From: Tortispora ganteri
Taxonomy: Eukaryota
Assembly: GCA_003707115.1 (NCBI GenBank)
Contig: PPNB01000006.1
Coordinates: forward strand, 124,001 to 188,000
Direction: 5' to 3'
Length of the DNA stretch: 64,000 nt
The notes beneath the pieces are model-generated. The model ran no database searches. It saw nothing but the letters and a program-made list of their open reading frames with translations, and had not been told where the DNA came from. A program made the position numbers and the translations under genes. This document shows, piece after piece, positions 1 to 10,767 of this stretch (position 1 is its first letter; each line of letters starts with the position of its first letter).

Positions 1-1571
1 ATTTTCCTCAGAAATACTTCAGAGACTGCATGATAGGAAAACAACGTGTCCCTGTTGACATAGAAAAGCTGACAGTCATCCGGATGCGGATAATTGGTCG
101 GTTGTGTAATCGCACGCAGTCCTTTAGTAGGTGTACCAACGTCCAAGCATAGAAGATCGTTAAGCCATTTCTCTACAGGGTCACCAGGTGCATAACGTAT
201 AGGTTCCTCAAGTGTAATTTCACGCAATGATCTAGCAGAGACAGAAGAACTGCTATCGGATGAAGACCTACCGGCAGATTGCTGGCGAAGCTGTTGCAAG
301 AGTTTAAGGGAAAGAGATCTGCCTGTACCTTCATAACCATTGATAGTAGAAGCCATAAAAATCAAGTAATTACCCAGTAGCTTTTGAACTATAGGTAGTG
401 GAATTGCTGCAGCTTCATCGATAACCAAAAGTTCAGCCTGTCCCAGCACATGAGCATCTGAAGGTTGGATGTATTGAATAGTTTGTCTGTGAGACCTGGT
501 AATATTGACCCGAACAATAGCTTTGTTGAAAGCGGCATGGTTGGACTGCAGAATATCATAGTCAAGGTGTTCTTGGTAGCCGAGTGCATCAAAACCTTTA
601 AATACAAACTGGAAAAGGGTTTTCAAGTTTTCGGGGGAGGGTGAAGTAATGAAAATGTTAGAATAACCATGTGCAATTGCAGCTGCTATCGCAAGCCCCA
701 TAGCAGCTGATTTACCGCGGCCACGCGCAGCAGTAAGTGATACTGTCGCGCGCAATGTTTTCTCGGTTATAGCTTCAACAAAAGTAAGTACAGCATTGGC
801 CTGATCAAGAGTTCTAGCAACAGATACAATAGATCCAACAGGTTGAGTATCTTTAAGCTTTTCCTTCAGTTCTTTTAGCTCTTCAGAGACTTTCGTTACT
901 GGCTCAGCGTAAGGAAGTGCCTTGACATTTCTTGCACCTGAAATTGGTAAAACATTCAATTCATCATCAACAACTAAACAATTCGGATTGCTGCCTAGTG
1001 ATAATATAAATCTTTCGTTAAATCTACCCACAATATCGCCATGTGCTTCTGTTCTATATCGAGAGTGAACATCCATGGAAAGAGAATAAAGCTGTTTCAG
1101 AGAGTTCATTGAACGAAGCATCAAAACAATAAGTCCTCCGCCTTCAACAGTTTCTATGGTGCGAGCAAGAATATTAGGTGTCATGGCTTCAAAATCTTGA
1201 AGTATACACATACCGTATGTATTACCAAGAATTTTGTCAGTTTCCTTGTAGTATACATAACGGATATTTTGAACGGTTAAAAAAAGCTCAAACGGGTCTT
1301 CCTGGTTCACTTCACGTGTGCCTCTTTTTACCTCTTTTCTAATCTTCTTTTCTCTTTTTTTTCTATGTGATGTGAATCCGAGCAGCTCTGTTTTATAAGC
1401 CCATAAAACAGATCTAGTAGCCTTCACATCGACTGACGACAAAAGGTAGTGAAGGTTAGGCAGTTGATCTCTGGCTCTATCTCCCACAATAATGATAAAA
1501 GAACGTGTTTTTGTTTGGTGACCATTCCGTATCAGCGCAGGTATTCGCGAATCTATCGCTTTTTTGCCCAT
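1..1571 (-). CDS. KRE33: RNA cytidine acetyltransferase Kre33/NAT10, N-terminal part (runs off window start)
   Basis: Manual translation from ATG at 1571: MGKKAIDSRIPALIRNGHQTKTRSFIIIVGDRARDQLPNLHYLL, with later ARGRGKS P-loop, LLVIDEAAAIPLP and STINGYEGTGRSLSLKL motifs. No stop inside the window, so it is absent from the ORF track. Confidence 0.96.
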   Translation of the reverse strand, partial: MGKKAIDSRIPALIRNGHQTKTRSFIIIVGDRARDQLPNLHYLLSSVDVKATRSVLWAYKTELLGFTSHRKKREKKIRKEVKRGTREVNQEDPFELFLTVQNIRYVYYKETDKILGNTYGMCILQDFEAMTPNILARTIETVEGGGLIVLMLRSMNSLKQLYSLSMDVHSRYRTEAHGDIVGRFNERFILSLGSNPNCLVVDDELNVLPISGARNVKALPYAEPVTKVSEELKELKEKLKDTQPVGSIVSVARTLDQANAVLTFVEAITEKTLRATVSLTAARGRGKSAAMGLAIAAAIAHGYSNIFITSPSPENLKTLFQFVFKGFDALGYQEHLDYDILQSNHAAFNKAIVRVNITRSHRQTIQYIQPSDAHVLGQAELLVIDEAAAIPLPIVQKLLGNYLIFMASTINGYEGTGRSLSLKLLQQLRQQSAGRSSSDSSSSVSARSLREITLEEPIRYAPGDPVEKWLNDLLCLDVGTPTKGLRAITQPTNYPHPDDCQLFYVNRDTLFSYHAVSEVFLRK

Positions 1572-1657
1572 ATTTTTGCTCTGTTTCACAAAAGGTAGCT
1601 TTGGTCGTACCGAAGAAAAAGAGGAACGTAAGGATGAAAGAAAAAAATAACTTCTTG

Positions 1658-1669
1658 AACCCTAACCCG
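1658..1669 (+). promoter_or_regulatory. Tbf1-like/telobox motif (AACCCTAACCC) in the KRE33/ATG14 divergent promoter
   Basis: Motif seen directly in the 190-bp intergenic region; function inferred. Confidence 0.35.
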
Positions 1670-1762
1670 ATGACATCTCCCAAATTTGGCGAGTGGTGTT
1701 GGCCTTAGATACAGGATTATCCCGTCCGCACATTGATCGCTTTTGCCTTCTACATAACATAC

Positions 1763-2734
1763 ATGGAATGTCCGTTATGCGGGTTCCAGCGCAGACGAAT
1801 GCTATGCCGGCGCTGTACCAATAACTTAGTGCTAGGTCGGAGACTGGCGCTTGTCGCAATGCTAGAAGAGCGGCATCAGGCTAGCAGTAAGATCAAAGAG
1901 CTACTTGGGAAAGCGAGCGATGGAAGACGAAAGGCAACTTTCACGATGCTAGTTAAGGCTAGAAGAACTAATGCTGGAATTAGTGAAGCAATTGAAACGG
2001 GAAAACGTATGATAACTGCTACAGAAAAGGAAATTGAACAACGGCGAAAAAGTATAATGCTAGTGAAACGGCAACTTGAAGCTTCGCGACAGGAAGACAT
2101 AAAAAAAGCGCTGGCGTCTTCTAAACGTAGCTTTGAAATGGCTGTGAAACATGTTGAGTCACTTCAGAAGGAGTTTATCGAAGTTAGGAGACAGTTGTGT
2201 ATCCGATTAGGACAGGTTTACTTCAGTAAGCCGATATCACCGGGACACTTAATAAAAGAAATTTCATTTAGAGAATTTGCAAGAGTTGACAAAGATACAG
2301 CGAACGCAGGCTTAGAGCGTCTCTCTTCATTGATTCAGTTCTTGTCTCATTACCTAGGTGTCAAGCTACCTTATGAGATCACGTTACCCTCCAAGAGCAT
2401 GCCGTGCGGTGTTCGAGGCCCAGATGGTGGACAAAGATTATTGTGGCTCGCCTCTGACAATACGGAGGTAGGTAATAATGTAGATTATGTTGAAGGCATT
2501 GCTATGCTTTTGTCTGATGTGGCCTGGTTAGCCGAATCTCAAGGAGCTAAAATTGATATCGACATGGTTCTTGATCCGGTGAGAATCATAACTGAAGAAT
2601 TGCTTGCCAGTGATGATCTGGGGACTTGTTCTCATTTAAATGCTACCAATCTACTTCGAAAATCGCCTACAATTAAATACATGGCTATAATGGATCTTTT
2701 GCTTGTTCAATCGCAAGAATGGCATCTGGTCTAG
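1763..2734 (+). CDS. ATG14: Atg14/Vps38 (UVRAG)-family PI3K complex subunit
   Basis: N-terminal CxxC...CxxC (MECPLCG...LCRRC), coiled coil, HYLGVKLPYEITLP motif, C-terminal EWHLV. First ATG at 1763. Confidence 0.75.
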   Translation: MECPLCGFQRRRMLCRRCTNNLVLGRRLALVAMLEERHQASSKIKELLGKASDGRRKATFTMLVKARRTNAGISEAIETGKRMITATEKEIEQRRKSIMLVKRQLEASRQEDIKKALASSKRSFEMAVKHVESLQKEFIEVRRQLCIRLGQVYFSKPISPGHLIKEISFREFARVDKDTANAGLERLSSLIQFLSHYLGVKLPYEITLPSKSMPCGVRGPDGGQRLLWLASDNTEVGNNVDYVEGIAMLLSDVAWLAESQGAKIDIDMVLDPVRIITEELLASDDLGTCSHLNATNLLRKSPTIKYMAIMDLLLVQSQEWHLV

Positions 2735-2853
2735 GGAAGTTTGGATTTACTTAAAGTTTGAGTAGGATACACTCACTAAAGCCTATCATCTCCATGTGCG
2801 TTATAATTTCTCCCTTTTACGATTTACCACGACATATCTTTTAGCACAACACT

Positions 2854-4194
2854 ATGAATGACCTTTCTTACGCTAAAGAACTGGATTCAAGAGATACCAT
2901 TATATGTAGAGACAAGTTTAATATACCTCTAAATCAGAGTGTTCAAGCAACAAAATCATTTTGGGGCGGTCCAGATAAAGAATGTGTCTATTTCTGTGGT
3001 AACAGTCTTGGTTTAATGCCAAAGAGTACCAGATCTGCTGTAGAAGCAGAACTCGATGCCTGGGCTTCATATGGCGTATATGCACATTTTTCGCATGCCA
3101 TAGAACCTTGGGTATCTATTGATAGACCTGTTGGACCCGAAATGGCGAAGATCGTGGGAGCGAACGACGACGAAGTAGCTGTGATGAACACTCTTACCAG
3201 TAATCTGCACGCTGCCCTATCCACTTTCTATCAGCCTGATATTTCTACTGGAAGAACCAAAATAATGTACGAGGATAAAGCTTTTCCTTCGGACAACTAT
3301 GCGTTCATGTCTCAGTGCCAATTACATGGATTAGACCCTACAATTCATACGATAAAGGTTAGTCCGGAGCCAGGAACTTACAGCTTGACCACCAAGCAGA
3401 TCCTTGAAGCCATAGATAGTAACAAAGATGAACTTGCGCTTGTATGCTTCAGTGGAATTCAATTTTATACGGGGCAACTGTTTGATATTGAAACTATAAC
3501 AGCTTTCGCGCACGAGCGGAACATCCTAGTTGGCTGGGACCTTGCACACGCTGCAGGAAATGTGGAGCTCAAATTGCACGACTGGGGCGTTGATTTCGCT
3601 GTCTGGTGTACTTACAAGTATCTTAACTCTGGACCAGGAGGGATTGCTGGTCTATTTATTCATTCTAAACACGTCTCCCGGCCTAGGCAAGCTGGCTGGT
3701 GGGGAAATAATCCACGAACTAGGTTTGATATGCTCGATATATTTGATCCTATACCGGGAGCAGAAGGATTCCGTATGTCTAACCCGAGTGTGTTGAATAT
3801 GGTGTGCGTTAGAGCTAGTCTAGATATTTTCAGATCTGTAGGCGGAATGAGCGCCATAGTTCAGAAGAGCAAGAAGATCACAGGGTATCTGTACGATTTA
3901 CTACGAAATCTTCCTCACTACAAGGCGAAAGAACTAATGGACAGTGGTTACCCGTGTTTTGAAATTATCACGCCCGAATCAAGAGGTACGCAATTGTCCT
4001 TGCTGTTCCATCCTCTGAATTCCACTACAATGCAGCAGGTGATGAAACACTTGAACAACAACGGTATCATTGCGGATGAAAGAAAGCCGAATGTGATACG
4101 GCTGGCGCCTACACCATTGTACAATACATATAGCGAATGTCTCTATGTTGCAGAGATGATTGAGTCGGCGCTCAATGAGGTGCAGCTAGACTAA
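2854..4194 (+). CDS. BNA5: Kynureninase (PLP-dependent)
   Basis: YFCGNSLGLMP, AFPSD, WDLAHAAGNVELKLHDWGVDFAVWCTYKYLNSGPG and IRLAPTPLYN motifs. Confidence 0.97.
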   Translation: MNDLSYAKELDSRDTIICRDKFNIPLNQSVQATKSFWGGPDKECVYFCGNSLGLMPKSTRSAVEAELDAWASYGVYAHFSHAIEPWVSIDRPVGPEMAKIVGANDDEVAVMNTLTSNLHAALSTFYQPDISTGRTKIMYEDKAFPSDNYAFMSQCQLHGLDPTIHTIKVSPEPGTYSLTTKQILEAIDSNKDELALVCFSGIQFYTGQLFDIETITAFAHERNILVGWDLAHAAGNVELKLHDWGVDFAVWCTYKYLNSGPGGIAGLFIHSKHVSRPRQAGWWGNNPRTRFDMLDIFDPIPGAEGFRMSNPSVLNMVCVRASLDIFRSVGGMSAIVQKSKKITGYLYDLLRNLPHYKAKELMDSGYPCFEIITPESRGTQLSLLFHPLNSTTMQQVMKHLNNNGIIADERKPNVIRLAPTPLYNTYSECLYVAEMIESALNEVQLD

Positions 4195-4207
4195 TATCTG
4201 ATTACTG

Positions 4208-4230
4208 AAAAAAAAAAAAAAAAAAAAAAA
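4208..4230 (+). repeat. poly(A) tract, 23 nt
   Basis: Seen directly in the 60-bp gap between the convergent BNA5 and DUF3237 stops. Confidence 0.95.
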
Positions 4231-4254
4231 CAACAAACAGAAATCGCGATATAC

Positions 4255-4737
4255 TTAGGGTGCGTATACTTCATAGAACACTTTCAGTGTTCCACCCAAG
4301 CTCTGGAGTTTACCTCTGCCAAAAAACATAGTTTTGTTGACCCAGTTTTCTTCTGGCTTGGTTGAAGGAGTGTGAGCCAAAATTCCTACATAATACTCGG
4401 AGTCGCCGTATTTTCCGTCAGCTTCCTGACCAGCAAACACGGGCGCCAGCTTCTCATTGACGTTCATAACGCCTTTGTACTCAATATGACAAGGAGCTCC
4501 TGATGGAAGGGTAGCCACACAATTGACATTCAAGTAATTTACATGATTCTCCTGATCTGAAGATATCCAATCGGAGCCACCTTTAACTACGCCAGTTATT
4601 GGATACTTCTCCGGGTTTAAGGAAGTGATCTTACCGTCTAAGATCGTAATACATACTGTTCCGATTCCTCCCTTTGCACCAGCAGGAATTGGTGCTGCAA
4701 CTGTGAGCTCGATTTCAAAGCAGGGGTTTAATTGCAT
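4255..4737 (-). CDS. DUF3237 (UPF0311) beta-barrel protein
   Basis: GGSDW...YLNV...IEYKG...NWVNKTMFFGRG...VFYEVY pattern typical of DUF3237. ATG at 4737. Confidence 0.75.
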   Translation of the reverse strand: MQLNPCFEIELTVAAPIPAGAKGGIGTVCITILDGKITSLNPEKYPITGVVKGGSDWISSDQENHVNYLNVNCVATLPSGAPCHIEYKGVMNVNEKLAPVFAGQEADGKYGDSEYYVGILAHTPSTKPEENWVNKTMFFGRGKLQSLGGTLKVFYEVYAP

Positions 4738-4830
4738 TTTTAAAACTTGCTTATTCTTTGAATACACCTGTGTGGGGTTATACAGTGTGTTGGCTAGAAT
4801 GGTTAGTATTTATAGACTACACCGCTCAAA

Positions 4831-4851
4831 TGCCAAGGTTTCCCCGCATTT
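4831..4851. promoter_or_regulatory. Adjacent Rim101/PacC (TGCCAAG) and Mig1/CreA (CCCCGCATTT) motifs upstream of the DUF3237 gene
   Basis: TGCCAAG at 4831-4837 and CCCCGC at 4842-4847 with an AT-rich flank. Confidence 0.4.
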
Positions 4852-5325
4852 TCAAATTCTAATAGTCAAGCGGGATTTCTCTGCCACTGTAGGCATCCAT
4901 GTCAATAGCGTAGCAGAACATAGTCACATAACTCTATAAATTAGTTACCTTATATAAGATATTTATTTACTCGTATCGTAGCTTGTTCATTGATATCGGT
5001 GTAGGTAGATCAAGTTCAGCTTTATAATTGATTTGAGTACATGAATAGTATGTTCATTTTATTTCAATCGATGTAGTACTATAAAACTAAAATTTACATT
5101 AACCTTTCTAATTTTTTTATTTAATATTACTTGTATTTAAAATCTTTACCTATTGTTTTCCCTATAAGAGACAACATTCTACGGCGATTACACTGTGCGG
5201 TATTACATTGCATTTTATAGAGTTTGAGCCCGCACAAGCGACACTCCCAAAAAGAACCTTCGATACTTAACATTCTTTTATGGTGAATCACGCTACAAGT
5301 TTTATGCACGCGCTTGATATTTAGT

Positions 5326-6402
5326 ATGATAGAATATTGTAATAAAGTTGCCCTCGCGCCTATGGTCAGATTTGGAGAGTTCCCTAGCAGACTTTTGGCA
5401 CTCCACTTGGGAGCGGATTTAGTATGGGGACCTGAAATCATTGATCGCAAACTTATCGACTGTATTCGAATAAAAAATGACAGTTTAGGAACTATAGACT
5501 TTGTGCATCCTAAAGCTGGCATTGTATTTCGGACATGTCCTTTTGAGAAAAAACGGCTAATCTTTCAGATAGGTACGGCTAGTCCAGATCTTGCAGTGCA
5601 GGCGGCCAAAATAGTCGCATCAGATGTCGCACAGATCGATGTAAATGCGGGCTGTCCCAAACATTTTTCATACCACGGTGGGATGGGGGCAGCACTTCTA
5701 AAAACACCGGATCTCCTAGAAGAGATTTTACGATCACTTGTCACTAAAGTTGGTCATCCTTTTCAGCTTCCTATTTCTGTCAAAATCCGCGTGCTCTCCA
5801 GCGTGGAAAAAACGGTGGATCTGGTTGAAAGGCTTTGCAAAACTGGCATATCATGTCTTACTTTGCACTCAAGATTTGTCAAACAAGATCCTTCATCGTC
5901 GGCTATACCTAATAGAGAAGTTTATCTGGAAGCTGTAGCTAAGACCTGTGCAGCGCACGGTGTTGCCTGCTTTGCTAATGGCTCTATAAAAGATAAAGCA
6001 GAAGGTCTGTCTGTTATCTCTCAATATGGGACCACCGGTGCCATGATAGGTCACTCTGCTTCTCATGACCTTTCGGTTTTTCACTCGTCGCCTGTTCCGT
6101 GGATGACCCAAGTGCGCTCATTTCTAGAGCTTGCTGTTGCATACGAAAACTCTCCGCCAAACACCAAATATTGCGTTCTACGTTTGATTCCTGGAAAAGA
6201 CCCGCTTCGTCAGATAATGACTCGCGTGAAATCGCATGACGAAATGCTCTCCTTAATGGAAAGCACTTCCGTCCTAGAAAATCTCAAGGAGCTATACACT
6301 GATGAAATCCTCAAATCTCTCCAAAAGAAAGCAAAAGACGCGCAGGATAGCGAACGTCTGATTGGTCTAACGGCATCATTTAGCGAAATATCAGTTGCTT
6401 GA
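5326..6402 (+). CDS. DUS2: tRNA-dihydrouridine synthase Dus2/Smm1
   Basis: LAPMVR, GADLVWGPEIID, IFQIGTA, DVNAGCPKHFS and GMGAALL motifs. Confidence 0.92.
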   Translation: MIEYCNKVALAPMVRFGEFPSRLLALHLGADLVWGPEIIDRKLIDCIRIKNDSLGTIDFVHPKAGIVFRTCPFEKKRLIFQIGTASPDLAVQAAKIVASDVAQIDVNAGCPKHFSYHGGMGAALLKTPDLLEEILRSLVTKVGHPFQLPISVKIRVLSSVEKTVDLVERLCKTGISCLTLHSRFVKQDPSSSAIPNREVYLEAVAKTCAAHGVACFANGSIKDKAEGLSVISQYGTTGAMIGHSASHDLSVFHSSPVPWMTQVRSFLELAVAYENSPPNTKYCVLRLIPGKDPLRQIMTRVKSHDEMLSLMESTSVLENLKELYTDEILKSLQKKAKDAQDSERLIGLTASFSEISVA

Positions 6403-6607
6403 ATTCTCCTTTCCGTGCATGCATAGACTAATTTATTGAGATTACAGTTGAATTTTAAGTTTGATCGATCAAGGCGGTCAAAACCTTATAGAAGTTTCCA
6501 TTACATCATGACACTGAGCCACTCTCTACGTATAACTATCAAGGCGAATAATAATTAAGCCCTTGATTACGAAGTGCTTTCCTCTTCTTTGCCTATACAC
6601 GAAATAT

Positions 6608-8188
6608 ATGAGTGACAGTAATCAAGACACTCCAGAACCAACGGAATCTACGCGATTATTGCCTAGCGAAGGCCACGGCTTGGCTTCTCTTTCCCCAGAC
6701 CGAGTATTAAATCCGTATGATGCCTTTCTTGTGAGGTTCTTCCACGGACTTACTGTTGTATTAATTGTACTCTCCTTGCTTTGGTGGCTTATTCAGATAC
6801 TCAACGTATTTGTCACGCTTCCAGGACTGTATTCTCCTGGCGGAGGGTTCACTTCTATTGGATACACTGAAATTAGTGTGATCTCCTTGATCCTTTCACT
6901 TCTGTTTTTTTCAATTCCGTCTACTATCGATCTCTACTTATGTGTATCTATGGCTTGTGTTGCTGCCTTGGACTTGATCCTCATTGTGGCTTCCAGGAGG
7001 CTTAGAAGAGAAGAGGGCTTATATGGGGTTCTGACTGCAGTTGCAACGGTGGTGGTGCTTGCATGGACATCTATAATTGCTCACATGGTCAGATTTGAGA
7101 AGCGTAAACAGGTTGTTCAACTTACGGAAGATATATCAGGTAATACGCATACGCAGCAAATTAACGAACCTGATAGCATGTATGTTTTGCGGCACAAGCT
7201 TCAGCATCTGAGACCTCTATCTGAGTGGTTCTTGGTTGTTATTTCTTTCTTGTTACGTTTATTATTACTTATCTCAATTGTGCTTGGCTCTTTACTTTTG
7301 ATTCTCCGTCTTTATGATGGTTCATTGAAGCCCGAAGGTGATATTGTTGCGGTGGAAGACGGTCTCTTTAATGTCCATATTTGGTGTAAAGGAAACATCT
7401 CTGATGATTCTAACAAACCTATTCTGTTTCTAGAATCAAGCCATGTTTCTTCAGAGAGATTCTCTGGCTGGGCGGATGAACTCATAAATGACGGATCAAT
7501 TCCAGGATATTGCAGCTGGGACAGACCAGGCTATGCCTTTAGTGAAAGCGCGCCCTCCCCGTTTAGTGCTGGAAGGGCAGCTGACTCTTTAGTTGAAGCT
7601 CTCAGTCAAGCTGGACTCGGAGATAAAAAATTGGTTATTGCTACTGCAGGTATTGGATCTATTTACAGCTACATTTTTGCGTCTAGACGACCTCACTCGG
7701 TGGCTGGGATACTTTATGTTGACGGTGTTTCGCCTGACCTCTTCTTGAGGGAAGTCGGTTCTAGTATGAGAGGTTTGAAACTATTCTGGGATGCAGAACT
7801 GTCAGAACTCGGTATAGGATCTCTCATTGGCTGGGTATTTGGTGGCAGAACACGTCAAGACAGAATATACGGACGGTCGTTTTATCATGGCCGAGGTTCC
7901 ACGGCAGGTAAATTTCAAAAGGCCCTCATTCAAGAACAATCCGCCGCAAAACTACTTACTATGCCGGAACTTCGATCCGCAAAACAATTGGTTCCTTTGA
8001 CTATACCTGTGTCTGTTATTTCCTCGGAACAGCGATCGAGCAAGGATGCAAAATGGTCCAAAGGACAGAAAGAGCTAGCTGATAGTGGGTCATTGGTGAG
8101 TTTTACAAGCATTGACGCTCCTCATCATATTTGGGAAACATCTAAAGGCCGAGCTACAATTCAGCAGTTGATTATGGAACTGTTGTAA
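6608..8188 (+). CDS. Integral membrane protein with C-terminal alpha/beta-hydrolase fold (YNL115C-like)
   Basis: N-terminal E-x-T-R-LL dileucine-type motif, about 5 TM segments, then YCSWDRPGYAFSESAPSP and HSVAGILYVD. Confidence 0.7.
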   Translation: MSDSNQDTPEPTESTRLLPSEGHGLASLSPDRVLNPYDAFLVRFFHGLTVVLIVLSLLWWLIQILNVFVTLPGLYSPGGGFTSIGYTEISVISLILSLLFFSIPSTIDLYLCVSMACVAALDLILIVASRRLRREEGLYGVLTAVATVVVLAWTSIIAHMVRFEKRKQVVQLTEDISGNTHTQQINEPDSMYVLRHKLQHLRPLSEWFLVVISFLLRLLLLISIVLGSLLLILRLYDGSLKPEGDIVAVEDGLFNVHIWCKGNISDDSNKPILFLESSHVSSERFSGWADELINDGSIPGYCSWDRPGYAFSESAPSPFSAGRAADSLVEALSQAGLGDKKLVIATAGIGSIYSYIFASRRPHSVAGILYVDGVSPDLFLREVGSSMRGLKLFWDAELSELGIGSLIGWVFGGRTRQDRIYGRSFYHGRGSTAGKFQKALIQEQSAAKLLTMPELRSAKQLVPLTIPVSVISSEQRSSKDAKWSKGQKELADSGSLVSFTSIDAPHHIWETSKGRATIQQLIMELL

Positions 8189-8405
8189 CTAGGAACGCAA
8201 TAACATATATGCTAAGTTTGGAAATGAGATATGTTAGTTTGCGAAGAAAGGTGTAAGTAAAACTGTAGGAAAAGAGGACTTTTATAAAGAGTAACCTGTT
8301 AACGCGCTACAAAACATGCAAGACATTATTTCAGAATAAAAATAATAAGCCTAAGTTTTTTGCGCTGTCGACCCATTCGTCAAAAACTTCGTCTGATAAG
8401 AAAAT

Positions 8406-8723
8406 TTATTCCGTTTTAAGCCTCTTGAAAAGTAGTATATGAGGTTCTGGAGCATGTATTTCATAGTGTTCCCATCCAAGGCTTTGAGTTATTCCAAGAC
8501 CTCTCCATTCTTCCTCTAACAGTATCCGCAAACATCCAGTTTCTGGTATAAAATAGTCGCTTGGTATTACTTTCATCATGTTCTTTGGCAATATCACATG
8601 TCGGTACTCGTAGGTGTCATCGGAATATCGCGGTGAATAATGAATCATGTCCTGGAATTCCAAAACTTTGCTTCTTTCGGCTTCAGTCAATCTTCGAGGC
8701 TGCTGATGGCTATTCGAAGACAT
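8406..8723 (-). CDS. CKS1: CDK regulatory subunit Cks1/Suc1
   Basis: [20 protein letters not shown]...[32 protein letters not shown]. Confidence 0.98.
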   Translation of the reverse strand: MSSNSHQQPRRLTEAERSKVLEFQDMIHYSPRYSDDTYEYRHVILPKNMMKVIPSDYFIPETGCLRILLEEEWRGLGITQSLGWEHYEIHAPEPHILLFKRLKTE

Positions 8724-9165
8724 TTTGGTGTGTGACTAAAAGACGAATTATATTAAAACAGCAAAAGAGGCTAGGCAGCAGATATTGCAAACCAAAATGC
8801 TTGAATAGTGATAAAGGTGGGAAGGTCGGTCAAACAATTCAGTTGGATTCTGAAATGTATTCTTCAAATTATTGTCTCAATCAAATGGCAAAAAACTCTC
8901 TGGTATTCACAGGTTGAACTATTTACACTGTGGTATATCCGTTTCTCTAAAGAGTCAGGGCGTTCGTGCTTATGAAGTAAAAAATGAAATACGCGACTTA
9001 AAAGGTTCTGTTATAGCTATTAGAAAGTGTGTAGGTTGTGCAAATTCAATCTAGTTGGTTGCTATGGTTACTTTGGCGGCATTCTGGTTTTTTGACGAAG
9101 GACCAGGGAAGGTTAGGCAAGCTACACCACCACTGTTTACTCGTAACTCTTTCTGTAATTATACA

Positions 9166-10725
9166 ATGGCTCGATCGAAACGTCGAAATTCGCATCCTGA
9201 TACCTCTAAGCGAGCAAAAGTGAGAATTAGCTCTCCAGCTAAGAAAACTTATTCAATAGCTGATGCTGGTAAAGCTTTTGACACTATTGTTGAGCAGATT
9301 GATGCTGCCACGGTTGATGGCCTGAGCTTTATCGAAGAATTTAAAGCTCTTCCCAGTAAAAAGGCCCTGCCAGATTACTATGATATCATAGAAAGCCCTA
9401 TTTCGCTGCATGAAATACGGAAACATGTTACTAAAAATGGATCGCTCGAGCAGCTGGAAGATGACTTTAATCAACTTGTCAGCAATGCTCAGTTATATAA
9501 CGCTCCAGGCAGTGAACTATATCGAGCTGCTGAAGAAATAAAAAACATTGTTGAGAACGTTTTACACGGCTCAAATAGTGTAACTCCTAAACCAGATGTT
9601 ATGAAGACTATCATAGATGACCTGATTAACACTACGGAACCACGCAAGAAAAGAACCCTGTCTGCGTTATTCATGGATAATCCGGATAAGGATGATTATC
9701 CTGAGTATTATGAGATTGTTAAGACACCGATGGCTTTCAACTCTATATTGAAAAAAATTAGCAAGTACACGTCATGGGATGAATTTGAGAACGACGTAAT
9801 GCTCATATTCGAGAACGCCAAAATATTCAATGAAGAATCTAGCCAGGTCTATAAGGATGCGATAACATTGGAGTCAAAGTTTCGCAATCTTATTGAAGAT
9901 GCTATGGCTTCGTCTTCATCTCCATCTACCACTCCGCAACCTGCAGTCAAACTTAAGCTTAATGTTAAGCAACCTAAAGCGGCGTCTAAGCCTGGACCCA
10001 TAATACGCTTTAAAAATCCAAAGAAAAGCTCAACCACTGCCGAAGATGAAGCAGAGGATGAATCAGAAAAAGAAGAAAGTAATGAAGAAGATGACGATGG
10101 TGAAGATGACGATGACGCCGATGAAAGTAAGGAATCTGAAGATGCGGATGATACTGCTGGTGAAGGTATCGAGAATGGTGACAACAATAGCGTAAAAGAA
10201 TTTGAGGATGAGACAAAAGAGTCTCTCTCCACGGAATTACCTGATACAAAACTCAGACCGGAGGGTGAAGATGCTACAGATGCTTTGATTAGGCAAGTCA
10301 CTATAGCTTCAACACCCTCTCTACTGTTCAATGCGCATGGACGAATTTTCACTGCTAATTCGTTCCGACTTCAATTTTCAGCTAATGACAAATATACGGA
10401 GCAGACTCAGATTCTCTCACTTCCTACACATCTACAGAACATGGTATTTACACCTAGTTTACGTGGGTCTTTATATTCACGACCATTCAATTTATTTGTG
10501 TCGCATAATTACAGACGATTGTCTCCTATCGTTGTGCCAGGAAATTCAGATGACTTCGTCCCCGAGGATCTCCTTCAGTCAACTTATGAAATAAAACTCA
10601 CTCCTGGTTTGAATCTTATTGATTGCACATTGTCTGTTATGGCAGAAAAGGCAGATGAACTTAGCAAACCAGAAAAGCAAGAAAAGTTTGTTTTTTGGGT
10701 TAACTTCCCTGGCGCTGTTTCTTAA
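9166..10725 (+). CDS. RSC4: Tandem-bromodomain RSC complex subunit (Rsc4-like)
   Basis: Two bromodomains (PDYYDIIESPISL...NAQLYN and PEYYEIVKTPM...NAKIFN), acidic linker, C-terminal beta domain (LTPGLNLI). ATG at 9166. Confidence 0.75.
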   Translation: MARSKRRNSHPDTSKRAKVRISSPAKKTYSIADAGKAFDTIVEQIDAATVDGLSFIEEFKALPSKKALPDYYDIIESPISLHEIRKHVTKNGSLEQLEDDFNQLVSNAQLYNAPGSELYRAAEEIKNIVENVLHGSNSVTPKPDVMKTIIDDLINTTEPRKKRTLSALFMDNPDKDDYPEYYEIVKTPMAFNSILKKISKYTSWDEFENDVMLIFENAKIFNEESSQVYKDAITLESKFRNLIEDAMASSSSPSTTPQPAVKLKLNVKQPKAASKPGPIIRFKNPKKSSTTAEDEAEDESEKEESNEEDDDGEDDDDADESKESEDADDTAGEGIENGDNNSVKEFEDETKESLSTELPDTKLRPEGEDATDALIRQVTIASTPSLLFNAHGRIFTANSFRLQFSANDKYTEQTQILSLPTHLQNMVFTPSLRGSLYSRPFNLFVSHNYRRLSPIVVPGNSDDFVPEDLLQSTYEIKLTPGLNLIDCTLSVMAEKADELSKPEKQEKFVFWVNFPGAVS

Positions 10726-10767
10726 ATGTACTATCGGTGAAAAGAAAAAATATAAATAGTTTCATAA

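Noticed and set aside
4195..4230. BNA5 as a retrocopy because of the downstream poly(A)
   Set aside because: Most genes here are intronless and no target-site duplication is visible.
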